From Nitrospirota bacterium (lineage in GTDB: Bacteria; Nitrospirota; Nitrospiria; Nitrospirales; NS-4), in the NCBI GenBank assembly GCA_963788195.1, contig CAWBGA010000013.1:160001-224000 (forward strand): a stretch of DNA of 64,000 bases, written 5' to 3'. Position numbers and translations under genes: made by a program. Below, one piece after another: positions 38,336 to 47,989 of this stretch. The first letter of the stretch is position 1. The number at the start of each line of letters is the position of its first letter. The notes beneath the pieces were generated by a model. That model saw only the letters and a program-made list of their open reading frames with translations. It was not told where the DNA came from and did no database searches.

Positions 38336-39781
38336 GTGACAATCTGGCTTGCGGGCCGAGGAAACACAGTTCAAAAGCTGGCCATCCTCACCACCCTGTT
38401 CATTCTGACCATTGTCGGCATCCTCACCTATACGATCATCACTCTGCAGGAGCATAAATCAAATTCCTTGATGGTCGATCTGGCCGGCCGCCAGCGCATG
38501 CTGAACCAGCAACATATGAAAGAACTCTTGCTGCGTGCCCATGGATCCTCTGCCGACTATACCCTCACACGAAACCTGTTAAGTGAGACACTGGAGGCGT
38601 TAATCCATGGCGGTCCGGCAGTGGTTACGCTCGGAAGAGATGAGAAAGTCCAGGTGCCGGCTGCGCCGACGGAGGGGATCAAGGCAAAGCTGTCGGAGCA
38701 GAGAGAATTAATCCGAGAGTTCTCGATGAGAGCGGATGAGTTTGTGCAATTGCCTGTCGACAGCACAACATATGCCTCGAGGCTTGGGAAACTCCTCGAG
38801 CTGAACTCCGATTTACAGCGGACGGCTGACGACGCCGTCAAACTGTACACGGTACATTCGGGGAAAAAGATTGCCACAATGATCCAATGGGAAGCGGCGA
38901 TTGGCTTGCTTGTAGCGGTGTTGGGGATGCTTCTGACAAGGCAGGTCATCAGGGCAAACCGGTACCTGGAAAACGAAATTGCCGAGCGCAAGCGGACGGA
39001 ACGAGAGTTGCGCATCAGCGAAGAAAGACGGATCGACGCCTTTCGTCAGAGCGACGCGCTGAAAGCGGCCTTGCTCTCCTCAACATCCCATGAGCTTCGG
39101 ACCCCGCTGACTGCGATCAAAACTTCTGTGTCGAGCTTGCTTGTAAACTTCGGAACCATGACGGTTACACTCCGCAAGGACTTCCTCGAGGAGATCGATC
39201 AACAGATCGATTATTTGAATCGTCTAGTCGACAATCTTCTCGATATGTCAAGGATCGAGGCGGGTATGTTAGTGCCGCGATGTGAATGGTACGGGCTCGA
39301 CGATCTTGTGGAGGGGGCGATCCGTCGCGTGGGCGCCAGGCTGCAGACTCGTCCGCTGCTTTGCCATGTGGATGAAGACATGCCTTCAGTCTTTGTGGAT
39401 GGCGTGGAAATACAACAGGTCCTCGTGAATCTTTTGGATAATGCCATGAAGTATTCTCCCGATGGCTCTCCGATCCGGCTTGATGCTCGTCATACGGGCC
39501 GTGAGGTGGAAGTTCGGGTGACGAACAGCGGCCAGGGGATTCCAGCAACGGATTTAGAACGAGTGTTCGAGCGGTTCTACCGCGTACGTTTAGAGCGCGC
39601 ACGGATGATCCATGGTACGGGCTTAGGTCTGACCATCTGCAAGGGCATTGTCGAGGCTCATAGTGGTCGCATCTGGGCGGAATCGAGCGGGGAGACGACC
39701 ATCGCGTTCACTCTCCCCCAAGGCCAACCGCAGCCTTCAGCAACACTGGAGCGGTTGGACTCGATCCGGGGCAATGTATGA
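38336..39781 (+). CDS. Sensor histidine kinase with a NarX/PilJ-type periplasmic domain and KdpD-like kinase core
   Basis: TM, VDLAGRQRML, TM, ALLSSTSHELRTPL, NLLDMSRIEAG, NLLDNAMKYS, GTGLGL. Confidence 0.85.
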   Translation: MTIWLAGRGNTVQKLAILTTLFILTIVGILTYTIITLQEHKSNSLMVDLAGRQRMLNQQHMKELLLRAHGSSADYTLTRNLLSETLEALIHGGPAVVTLGRDEKVQVPAAPTEGIKAKLSEQRELIREFSMRADEFVQLPVDSTTYASRLGKLLELNSDLQRTADDAVKLYTVHSGKKIATMIQWEAAIGLLVAVLGMLLTRQVIRANRYLENEIAERKRTERELRISEERRIDAFRQSDALKAALLSSTSHELRTPLTAIKTSVSSLLVNFGTMTVTLRKDFLEEIDQQIDYLNRLVDNLLDMSRIEAGMLVPRCEWYGLDDLVEGAIRRVGARLQTRPLLCHVDEDMPSVFVDGVEIQQVLVNLLDNAMKYSPDGSPIRLDARHTGREVEVRVTNSGQGIPATDLERVFERFYRVRLERARMIHGTGLGLTICKGIVEAHSGRIWAESSGETTIAFTLPQGQPQPSATLERLDSIRGNV

Positions 39782-40473
39782 GCCACGGTGCGCGGATTCT
39801 TGTAGTGGATGATGAGCCGCAGATCCGGCGGTCATTGGAGGTTAACCTTGCGGCAAAAGGCTATGCTGTCTTCACCGCGGAGGGGGCCGATCAGGCTTTT
39901 CAACTCATCGGCAATCGATCACCTGACGTCATCGTTGTGGATTTATTGATGCCCGGTATGGATGGTATTGAGCTGACGCGACGCATCCGGCAGCAATCGG
40001 TTGTTCCTATCATTGTCCTTTCCGCAATCGGTGACGAACGGAAGAAGGTGGAAGCTTTGGAGCTGGGGGCTGATGACTATGTTACCAAGCCGTTTAACAT
40101 GGATGAGTTGCTGGCCAGGATCAAGTCCGTGCTGCGCCGAGCGGCCGGTGCGCACAGCTCGGAACCGATCTGGACCAGTGGAGACCTCTCGGTGAACTTT
40201 GATCGGCGGGAGGTGCGACTCAACGGCGAGGGAGTCAAATTGACCCCTACAGAATACGACCTGTTGAAGTATATGATCGAAAATGCGGGGAAAGTATTAA
40301 CGCAGAAGATGCTGCTGACGGCGGTATGGGGACCAGCGTACAGTGATCAGACCCAATATTTGAGGGTATTTATCGGCCAATTAAGAAAGAAGCTTGAAAA
40401 GAATCCGGCAAGCCCTCGCTTCATTCTGACTGATCTCGGCGTGGGTTACCGATTTTGCGCAGATGCGTCGTAG
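39778..40473 (+). CDS. KdpE-like OmpR family response regulator
   Basis: VDDEPQIRR, GADDYVTKPF, LTPTEY, QYLRVFIGQLRKKLE. Confidence 0.9.
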   Translation: MSHGARILVVDDEPQIRRSLEVNLAAKGYAVFTAEGADQAFQLIGNRSPDVIVVDLLMPGMDGIELTRRIRQQSVVPIIVLSAIGDERKKVEALELGADDYVTKPFNMDELLARIKSVLRRAAGAHSSEPIWTSGDLSVNFDRREVRLNGEGVKLTPTEYDLLKYMIENAGKVLTQKMLLTAVWGPAYSDQTQYLRVFIGQLRKKLEKNPASPRFILTDLGVGYRFCADAS

Positions 40474-40513
40474 ATAGTACCTCCCGTGCGAACGTCCAAC
40501 GTAAGGACAGAAT

Positions 40514-40667
40514 GGGGACAGGCAACTTCTTCTGAACGAAGAGTGTTTGGGCCAGGGGAGGAGGAATCTGTCTTGGCAGATTCCAGGGCTGGGCGGGTGC
40601 GATAGAGAACCCTGAAAAAGTAGCCTGACCCCTTTCCCCACTCATCTAGCCTGACCCCTTTCCCCAC
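40514..40667. repeat. REP family B doublet with duplicated right arm
   Basis: GGGGACAGGCAACTT ... AAAGTAGCCTGACCCC; TAGCCTGACCCCTTTCCCCAC at 40621 and 40647. Confidence 0.8.
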
Positions 40668-40687
40668 CCATTCCGTCGGCAAGCATT

Positions 40688-40738
40688 CTTTATGGAAAAT
40701 TTATATTGGGAAGCCGGATCGCGAATAGGATTTTTACG
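40688..40738 (+). promoter_or_regulatory. OmpR/KdpE-type direct-repeat operator, copy 1
   Basis: TTTATG-N5-TTTATA ... TTTTACG; ungapped 32/51 match to 41171-41221. Confidence 0.65.
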
Positions 40739-40775
40739 TGCTGAGGAGCTACGGTAATCGTAGGGAGCAAGGTTG

Positions 40776-41135
40776 ATGCAGCGACGGATCTTAGTCATCG
40801 ATGATGATCAAGATATCAGAGCCATGCTTCGGGACCGCCTGCAAGCCATGGGATTTGTCGTCGTCACGGCAGCCGACGGGTTTGTCGGCATGGAAATCGT
40901 GAAATCGTCTTGGATAGACGGGATTCTGCTGGATATTGAAATGCCGGTGATGGATGGCCTATTGACCCTCAAAGAACTCCGGCGCTGGCATGCCCATATT
41001 CCCGTGATCATGATGTCGGCTAACAACGATCCTACAAAACTGAAAGCTGCGATCGAATTAGGGGCCCTCGGATATGCGCCGAAGCCTATCGATGGCGCTC
41101 GCCTGGGGCAACAGTGCAAGCACCTCTTTGGGTAA
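40776..41135 (+). CDS. Single-domain response regulator
   Basis: ILVIDDD, LLDIEMPVMDG, MSA, KP. Confidence 0.88.
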   Translation: MQRRILVIDDDQDIRAMLRDRLQAMGFVVVTAADGFVGMEIVKSSWIDGILLDIEMPVMDGLLTLKELRRWHAHIPVIMMSANNDPTKLKAAIELGALGYAPKPIDGARLGQQCKHLFG

Positions 41136-41170
41136 CAGTGGCACTGCGCGCATGCAGGAGCCGGGCAAAG

Positions 41171-41221
41171 CTTTATGAAAACCTTATGCCTTTGGACCGA
41201 TTCAAGAATCGAACTTTTACG
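41171..41221 (+). promoter_or_regulatory. OmpR/KdpE-type direct-repeat operator, copy 2
   Basis: TTTATG-N5-CTTATG ... TTTTACG. Confidence 0.65.
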
Positions 41222-41353
41222 CGATTCACATGTAGGGTCGGTGTTGTCATGTTGGGACGTATCGAGAAGTAACAACCAACTGGAATGCGATCATAAATAA
41301 GTACACCTAGATATCGTGGACTACTCGCCAACGAAGCGCCGAGGTAAGACGAA

Positions 41354-41554
41354 ATGGAAGTACTGATCCGTTGGAAATGTCATCTCCGCAAGGAGGAATG
41401 CCCTGACTGCAACGGCATTGCATATCATGAGCGGTGGATAGCCCTCGACTGCCTACCGTTTCAGTCAGCGCCCCAATACGTCATCTGCGACCGTCGGTTT
41501 TTGCCGTCGCGCGATCGGATCAATATACCGCATAGAGCTTGGGCCAACGCATGA
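41354..41554 (+). CDS. Small Cys-rich hypothetical protein
   Basis: GAGG RBS; CPDC motif; ATGA overlap with the next gene. Confidence 0.45.
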   Translation: MEVLIRWKCHLRKEECPDCNGIAYHERWIALDCLPFQSAPQYVICDRRFLPSRDRINIPHRAWANA

Positions 41555-41970
41555 AGCACTATTACAGATATGTCATGGCTGCGGCCGCCGCTGGCTTAAT
41601 CATCTCATTTCCCATCTCTGTGGCGGTCTCATACGGGAGTTTCGGTGATGTCGTGCGGATCGAGCAGCTTAGTTTTTACCCTGATACGTTGAGATTCCCG
41701 GGGGACGCTGTTGTAGTGCTCGTGGTACAGAACCGCGAAGACGGGCCGATTCAGCATGAGGTCTTATCCAAAGAATTGTTTCAGCCCGGCACGCTCGTAT
41801 CAATCGCAGGAACGGGAGAGATCGAATATGATAATGAGCAAGTTGCAAAGATTCTTCTCTTTCCTGGTGAGGAAATCGTAATCTGGTTTTATGCCAGGAA
41901 AGGCTCGACCTATGACTTTCAGTGCAATCTTAACGGGCATGCTATGCAGGCGACAATCCGAGCGTTCTGA
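41551..41970 (+). CDS. Exported cupredoxin-like protein
   Basis: Signal/TM; NREDGPIQHE and YDFQCNLNGHAM. Confidence 0.7.
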   Translation: MKHYYRYVMAAAAAGLIISFPISVAVSYGSFGDVVRIEQLSFYPDTLRFPGDAVVVLVVQNREDGPIQHEVLSKELFQPGTLVSIAGTGEIEYDNEQVAKILLFPGEEIVIWFYARKGSTYDFQCNLNGHAMQATIRAF

Positions 41971-42249
41971 GAGTCGCCTGACCCATGCTCACCGGTAATT
42001 ACACAGCGAGGCTTAAAAGACACGGTTAAAGCAGCCGTTCAATCGCATTAGATCGCCAAGTACCACTGACATTGCCACCGCAGATTCTTACGCCTGTCGC
42101 TCCTCCAAAATCGCCTAGAATACCTTTAGAGATTTTGATACTCCATTCGGGGTATCAGCGCAGTGTCCGCCTCTCTAATACGATAAGATGCCGGCTGAGG
42201 ATTGACAGCACTTCGATTTGCAGCAGATCAACTTTGAGAGGAGAACAGT

Positions 42250-42795
42250 ATGAAGAATGATTTTCTTACAGACATCAAGACGCTCAGGGAGCGGGCCCGG
42301 CAACATATCGAAAAAGGCGCTGTCACCCAGAGCTATCAAGGAGATCTCAAGACAGCGGTACGCTTGCTCAACGAAGCATTAGCGACAGAAATCGTCTGCG
42401 TGTTGCGATACAGACGCCACTACTTCATGGCTAATGGCATTCACTCACAGTCCGTCGGTCAGGAGTTTCTCGAACACGCCAAAGAGGAGCAAGCCCACGC
42501 GGATCAGATAGCCGAGCGGATCACCCAATTGCGGGGCGAGCCGGATTTTTCGCCGGAGGGTCTCACGACCCGCAGCCATTCCGAATATGCCGAAGGAGAA
42601 ACGCTGGTGGACATGATCCGGGAAGACCTCATTGCGGAACGGGTCGCGATCGAGTCCTACACGGAGATGATCCGGTATTTCGAGAAAGATACCACCACCC
42701 GGCGGATGCTCGAAGAGATTCTGGCCAAGGAAGAGGAGCATGCCGATGATCTCGTTACCCTGTTGGAAACACTAGGGGAAAGCGCCAAGAACTAG
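42250..42795 (+). CDS. Bacterioferritin/Dps-like ferritin family protein
   Basis: EALATE, EEQAHAD, EDLIAER, EEEHADD. Confidence 0.85.
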   Translation: MKNDFLTDIKTLRERARQHIEKGAVTQSYQGDLKTAVRLLNEALATEIVCVLRYRRHYFMANGIHSQSVGQEFLEHAKEEQAHADQIAERITQLRGEPDFSPEGLTTRSHSEYAEGETLVDMIREDLIAERVAIESYTEMIRYFEKDTTTRRMLEEILAKEEEHADDLVTLLETLGESAKN

Positions 42796-42954
42796 TCTGT
42801 TAGAGACCACTTGAGCGCACCACCGTCCTGTCTGAGTGAGCCGAAGGACCCAGGCTGCGGAGGATTGAGGCCTAGTCCTCCGTCGCGCTTGATTTACTTG
42901 AAAAAATTGGTCTATAGTAATGGGCTAAGGCACACTAGGAAGGGCATGTTCGCC

Positions 42955-44290
42955 ATGCCTGTCGAGTTACGGCCCCCGTTTCAGAATGAGGAGCGAACGT
43001 TGATTCCTGCACCTCGTATTGTCAAGGACTTTGGATCCCGGCCCATGGGAGATTGGGTCCTATATCGAGCAGGGCGGATACGAGGCTTGGAAGAAATGTG
43101 TTGTGACATGGACTCCTGAGCACGTCATCGCCGAACTCAAGCGGGCGGGTCTCAGAGGACGGGGAGGGGCAGGGTTTCCCACAGGCATCAAATGGGAAAA
43201 AGTGCTGAATCATCGGACTCCCGATCGTTACTTTGTCTGTAATGCAGGTGAGCACGAGCCAGGGACCTTCAAAGATCGCTATCTTCTAAGAACGAATCCT
43301 CATCAGGTTCTGGAAGGGGTCCTGATAGCGGCCCATACCGTGAAGGCCAAGGCGGCCTACCTCTACGTCAATCACGAGTATGTGGAAGAACTGGCGAATC
43401 TCCGCAAGGCTGCCGACCAGGCGCGTGCGGCGGGCTTTATGGGCAAAAACATCCTGGGTCGCGGCGTGGACCTTGATGTTGAATTTGTTGAGGGGCAGGG
43501 GAGCTACGTGGCGGGAGAAGAGACCGCGATGTTGGAATCGATGCAAGGCCGGCCCGCGATGCCCCGGCAGAAGCCGCCTTTCTACCCGACAGACTTCGGT
43601 TTGTACGGGAAACCGACCCTGGTCAACAATGTGGAGACCTTGTGCAATGTTCCCCCGCTTCTGCGCAACGGCGCCGATTGGTTCACGGAGGTCGGCACCG
43701 AGAAAAGTCCCGGGACCATGCTCTTCTCCATAAGTGGCGCCGTCAACCGGCCGGGCGTCTATGAACTGCCCATGGGAACGCCGGTCCGCACGCTTATCTA
43801 TGAGTCCGGCGGGGGGCTCCCGGACGGCCGGACGGTAAAAGCGGTGTTCCCCGGTGGACCGTCCTTCTCGATGTTGACGGCGGATCAACTGGATACGCCG
43901 ATGGACTTTGAAACGTTGAAAAAGGCTGGAAGCGGTTTGGGGTCGGCCGGAGTGATCGTTGTGGACGACCAGACCTGTATGGTCTCGATTGCGCTGAAGT
44001 ACGGGAATTTCTTTAAGGTCGAAAGTTGCGGGCAATGTCCTCCGTGTCGCATGGGCACCATCAACCTAGCCGAGCTCCTTCAAAAAATCGAGGACGGTGA
44101 GGGCACGGAGAAGGATCTGGCGACACTCCTGCAGGTCGCAGGCTTTGTCAAAGGGCGAGGGTACTGCACGGTTGTGACAGGAGCGTCCGTCCTGGTTGAA
44201 AGCAGCTTGCGACATTTCCGGAGCGAGTTCGAAGAGCATATCGCGCGCCGGCGCTGTCCGTATCAGCCATTGGCGGTCGCGGTGGCGTGA
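42955..44290 (+). CDS. Stand-alone NuoF-like FMN/[4Fe-4S] NADH-binding protein, indel near 43030
   Basis: LRGRGGAGFPTG, EPGTFKDR, YVAGEETA, NNVET, ESCGQCPPCR. Confidence 0.88.
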
Positions 44291-44631
44291 TGCCACGGGT
44301 GACTTTCCTCCATCCGGAGGGACGGAGCGGCGAGGTGCCGGACAACGCCTCGCTGCTTGAAGCGGCGGAATTGCTGCAATTTCCGTTGCCGCATGATTGT
44401 GGCGGGAATGCGTCCTGCACTACCTGCCGCGTCGAAATGGAGTGCGGGGGCGATAATCTCTCGGAGATTGATTTCGATGAGCAAGACCTTTTGGACCGGG
44501 AGAATCTAACTGAAGCCTTTCATCGGTTGGGCTGTCAGGCCAGGCTGTCGGGGGATGTCGTAGTGCGGGTTCCCTTACACAAATGGGGTGAAGCACAGAG
44601 CGGTACAATCACAAGCTCAGATAAGTTATGA
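44290..44631 (+). CDS. [2Fe-2S] ferredoxin (adrenodoxin-like)
   Basis: HDCGGNASCTTC, RLGCQ. Confidence 0.9.
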   Translation: MPRVTFLHPEGRSGEVPDNASLLEAAELLQFPLPHDCGGNASCTTCRVEMECGGDNLSEIDFDEQDLLDRENLTEAFHRLGCQARLSGDVVVRVPLHKWGEAQSGTITSSDKL

Positions 44632-44656
44632 TAAGAGTAAAGGGGGGGCGTAACAA

Positions 44657-44978
44657 ATGGTGACCATTAGCGAAAAAGCTCAGCAGAAAATCGGAGAGTT
44701 ATTGGAAGAGGAGAAGGATGCGGTCGGGCTCCGCGTGTACGTGAAAGGCGGCGGCTGCCACGGTTATCAGTACGGGATGTCCTTTGAGACGAAGACCGGG
44801 TGATGACGATACCATTATTGAAGAGGGCGGCGTCAAAGTAATCCTGGACTCGCAGAGCGCTCCGCTATTGTCGGGGGCCGAGGTGGATTACGTCGATAGC
44901 ATGCAAGGCTCTGGATTTGCCATCAAGAATCCGCAAGCCAAAACTACCTGCGGCTGCGGCAGCTCCTTTAGCGCCTAG
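44657..44978 (+). CDS. A-type Fe-S carrier (IscA/ErpA/HesB), one extra G near 44800
   Basis: [15 protein letters not shown] ... [19 protein letters not shown]. Confidence 0.88.
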
Positions 44979-45057
44979 TCGAGCCACCGGGCGGGCCTTC
45001 CTCAAGGAAGGCCGCCCGGAGCCGGAATATCCGGCTCTCGGAGTCGCAGGTGAGTGT

Positions 45058-46008
45058 ATGGGTACCGTCCGCCTGACGAAACGACTCGAATTCAGCGCAT
45101 CCCACCGCTACCACAATCCGGCCTGGTCAGACGAACGCAACCGGGCGGTCTTCGGTCGCTGTAACAATGTCCACGGGCACGGGCACAATTATCTTCTGGA
45201 AGTGACGATCGAAGGGGCCGTGGATGAGAATACCGGCATGGTGGTCAACCTCTATGATGTGAAGCAGGTCTTACAGGGCGTCATCGAAGAGTTCGACCAT
45301 AAGGATCTGCATCTGGACACGCCGGTCTTTCGCGGACAGATCCCCACGACAGAAAATCTTTCCATCGTTCTCTGGGACAGGATTACGGCGAAGACGTCGG
45401 GGTTTCAGATTGCGAGGATCAGGCTTTTTGAGGAGGAGGACTTGTACGTGGACTACGAGGGTCGACAGCGCGGTGAAGTTCCGGAAGTCGCTCTAACGCG
45501 TCGCTACCAGTTTTGCGCGGCCCATCGGCTGCATTCCACGGTACTATCCGAGGAGGAGAACCGAAAGATCTTCGGAAAGTGCAACAATCCAAACGGACAC
45601 GGCCACAATTATGTTGTCGAAGTGACTGTCCGGGGGACGGTGAATCCTGAGACGGGAATGGTGGCCGATCTGGACGAGATAGACCGCGCCGTCGACGAGC
45701 AGGTGATCCGCCGATTCGATCACCAGCATCTAAATTACGATAAGGCCTTCGTGTCCACCGTTCCCACCGGCGAGAACCTCGTCATATTCATCTGGCAGGC
45801 GCTTGAAGCAGCAATGCCGGGCGTCATGCTGGACCGAATCTGTTTGGTTGAGACTCGCGACAACTATTTTGAGTATCGCGGTGAAAAGTCGGCCCGTCCT
45901 GAACTCGTATCGCACGCAGCCTCCGCACGTCCTGCCAAGGCGGGTCCTTCAGCCCGTGGAACGAGCTCCTCTCCCCCTGGACCGGAGTCCACCAGCAGGC
46001 TCCGATGA
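45058..46008 (+). CDS. Tandem-domain 6-pyruvoyltetrahydropterin synthase (PTPS/QueD family)
   Basis: Two copies of F.A.HR..N..FG.CNN..GHGHNY..PT.EN. Confidence 0.88.
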   Translation: MGTVRLTKRLEFSASHRYHNPAWSDERNRAVFGRCNNVHGHGHNYLLEVTIEGAVDENTGMVVNLYDVKQVLQGVIEEFDHKDLHLDTPVFRGQIPTTENLSIVLWDRITAKTSGFQIARIRLFEEEDLYVDYEGRQRGEVPEVALTRRYQFCAAHRLHSTVLSEEENRKIFGKCNNPNGHGHNYVVEVTVRGTVNPETGMVADLDEIDRAVDEQVIRRFDHQHLNYDKAFVSTVPTGENLVIFIWQALEAAMPGVMLDRICLVETRDNYFEYRGEKSARPELVSHAASARPAKAGPSARGTSSSPPGPESTSRLR

Positions 46009-46655
46009 GCAAACGGCCGGCTCCGATAAACAGACAGCAGGCTTTGGTGAGCAAAGGAAAAGCGCTCGCCGAGACACGGACAGCTGCCGTTGAACTGCCT
46101 AGCCTGGTCACCCAAATGTTGATTTCTCTCGGGGAGGATCCAACTCGAGACGGATTGCAGAAGACGCCGGAGCGCGTCGATAAGGCCCTTCGTTTTCTCA
46201 CCAAAGGGTATCTCGAGAATGTTGACGACGTCCTGAACAGCGCGCTCTTCTCGGTCAAGTACGATGAGATGGTCGTGGTGCGGGATATTGATTTCTTCAG
46301 CCTGTGCGAGCACCACCTGCTGCCGTTCTACGGCAAGTGCCACGTGGCGTACATTCCCAACGATCGCGTCGTTGGTCTCAGCAAAATCCCGCGCCTTGTA
46401 GAAGTGTTCAGCCGCCGATTGCAGGTCCAGGAGCGATTAACTGTGCAGATCGCGGAAACCTTGATGGAGAAATTGAACCCCCAGGGCGCTGCTGTGGTGA
46501 TCGAAGCGAGACATCTGTGCATGATGATGCGCGGGGTGGAGACACCGAACGCGGTGGCTGTCACAAGTTCGATGCATGGCGTATTCCTGAATCAGCAGAA
46601 GACCCGCGAGGAATTTCTCACCCTGATACGGCGGGGCGCGCGGCAGGATCTCTAA
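46005..46655 (+). CDS. folE: GTP cyclohydrolase I
   Basis: [36 protein letters not shown]. Confidence 0.95.
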   Translation: MSKRPAPINRQQALVSKGKALAETRTAAVELPSLVTQMLISLGEDPTRDGLQKTPERVDKALRFLTKGYLENVDDVLNSALFSVKYDEMVVVRDIDFFSLCEHHLLPFYGKCHVAYIPNDRVVGLSKIPRLVEVFSRRLQVQERLTVQIAETLMEKLNPQGAAVVIEARHLCMMMRGVETPNAVAVTSSMHGVFLNQQKTREEFLTLIRRGARQDL

Positions 46656-46669
46656 TCGCGTCAGCTACG

Positions 46670-46898
46670 TGTCATTCTGAGCGCAGCGAAGAATCTAGTT
46701 CTTTTCACGGAGCCTCTCCTGACCGTGAAGGCAGATCCTCGCGGAGTTTATGCTGAGCGTCGGATGAGATCCTTCACGGAGTTTATCCTGAGCGCAATCG
46801 AGATGCTTCGAGGAGCCTGTCCTGAGACGCAAGAGAGATGCTTCACTGTGTTCAGCATGACAACCAGGGATTCAGGATGGCGAAGGGTTCAGGATGAC
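46670..46898. repeat. Composite nested palindromic repeat cluster (family C), locus 2
   Basis: GTCATTCTGAGCGCAGCGAAGAATCT; ~34-bp units AGATSCTTC.CGGAGYYT.TCCTGAG; TTCAGGATG right arms. Confidence 0.85.
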
Positions 46899-46902
46899 CA
46901 AG

Positions 46903-47244
46903 TCAGCTAGGATTTTGCAGGACGCTCTGAATTGACGCGCGCAAAGCCGCCGGATCAACCGTTCCTTCCCGACTCTCGACCATTTTGCCTTTGGAGTAAA
47001 AGTGAATGGTCGGGTACGTCTCAAAGGTGAACCTTTTTTTGATCTCCCGTGAAGCGCCGGGAACGTGCATCTTTCCCTTGCCAAAGCGCACCTTACCCTG
47101 AAATTCCGGCGCAACCTCGGTCAGCACACCATCCATGTACGCGCATCCCTCACAATTGGCGATTCCGTATACGACCACAGACGCTGGGGCGTTAAAATAC
47201 GCATCGAAAGTCGTATCGTTCACGTTGCCGATGAGGTCTTCCAT
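46903..47244 (-). CDS. Thioredoxin-fold protein
   Basis: CEGC and YPT cis-Pro motif. Confidence 0.75.
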   Translation of the reverse strand: MEDLIGNVNDTTFDAYFNAPASVVVYGIANCEGCAYMDGVLTEVAPEFQGKVRFGKGKMHVPGASREIKKRFTFETYPTIHFYSKGKMVESREGTVDPAALRASIQSVLQNPS

Positions 47245-47280
47245 GTGCTTGTAGCCCTTTACTAACCCTGTGTTGGGACT

Positions 47281-47373
47281 GGCTCCGATTCGCTTCGAAT
47301 CGGAGCCTCTCCCGCGTTCACACGAAACAAAGGGGACAGGCAGCTTTTTTCAGAAGAAAAGCAGCCTGTCCCC
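47281..47373. repeat. 12-bp hairpin plus REP family B doublet
   Basis: GGCTCCGATTCG-ctt-CGAATCGGAGCC; GGGGACAGGCAGCTTTT ... AAAAGCAGCCTGTCCCC (47332-47373). Confidence 0.8.
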
Positions 47374-47393
47374 GAAGAGAGCAGAAGGGAGAA

Positions 47394-47873
47394 TCAGCTC
47401 AGTTTCTTCAGCGCCTCTAGGATGTCCTTATCGTCGCGGGCGGTTTTGATCTCCTGCACCTTTGCGTAGGCGACCTTGCCGTTCTTGTCGACGATAACGG
47501 TGGCCCGCTTGCCGCAGTTGAGCGGTTCAAAATACAGGCCGTATTTCTTTACCACGTCGCGGTTGAAATCCGCCAGCAGCCGCTGTTTGAGCCCGAGCGC
47601 ATCGGACCATGCTTTATGCGAGAAAAAACTATCAGTGCTGATGCCCACGACTTCCGCGTTCGCTTGCTCGAATTTCGGGAAGTCGTCGCTGATGCATTTG
47701 TTCTCGCCGGTACAGACTGGGCTCCAGTCCAAAGGGTAGAAGATCAGAACAACATTCTTCTTCCCGCGGGCGCTGCTGAGACTCCAATCTTTCTGATCCT
47801 GATCCTTCAGAGTAAAGTCTGGGGCAGTATCACCCACTTTGATTTCATTTGCCGCCTCTTGTGCTACAGCCAC
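47394..47873 (-). CDS. Peroxiredoxin (AhpE/BCP-like)
   Basis: AAGGAGG RBS before [26 protein letters not shown]. Confidence 0.9.
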   Translation of the reverse strand: MAVAQEAANEIKVGDTAPDFTLKDQDQKDWSLSSARGKKNVVLIFYPLDWSPVCTGENKCISDDFPKFEQANAEVVGISTDSFFSHKAWSDALGLKQRLLADFNRDVVKKYGLYFEPLNCGKRATVIVDKNGKVAYAKVQEIKTARDDKDILEALKKLS

Positions 47874-47989
47874 GGTACCCTCCTTGAGAATGAATTCTGT
47901 GTGTGGACGTTGATTTGGAACGAACCACAATTGTACACCGGGCGTTGCCGAGTTTGTCAACCAGTCGCTGCGTCTGATATCGTGATCTT

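Noticed and set aside
42825..42890. Third family C repeat
   Set aside because: Only faint similarity (CTGAG..GCCGAAGGA); too degenerate to support
44795..44806. TGA in the HesB-like gene as selenocysteine
   Set aside because: Not at a Cys position, and the gene continues in another frame after a G run
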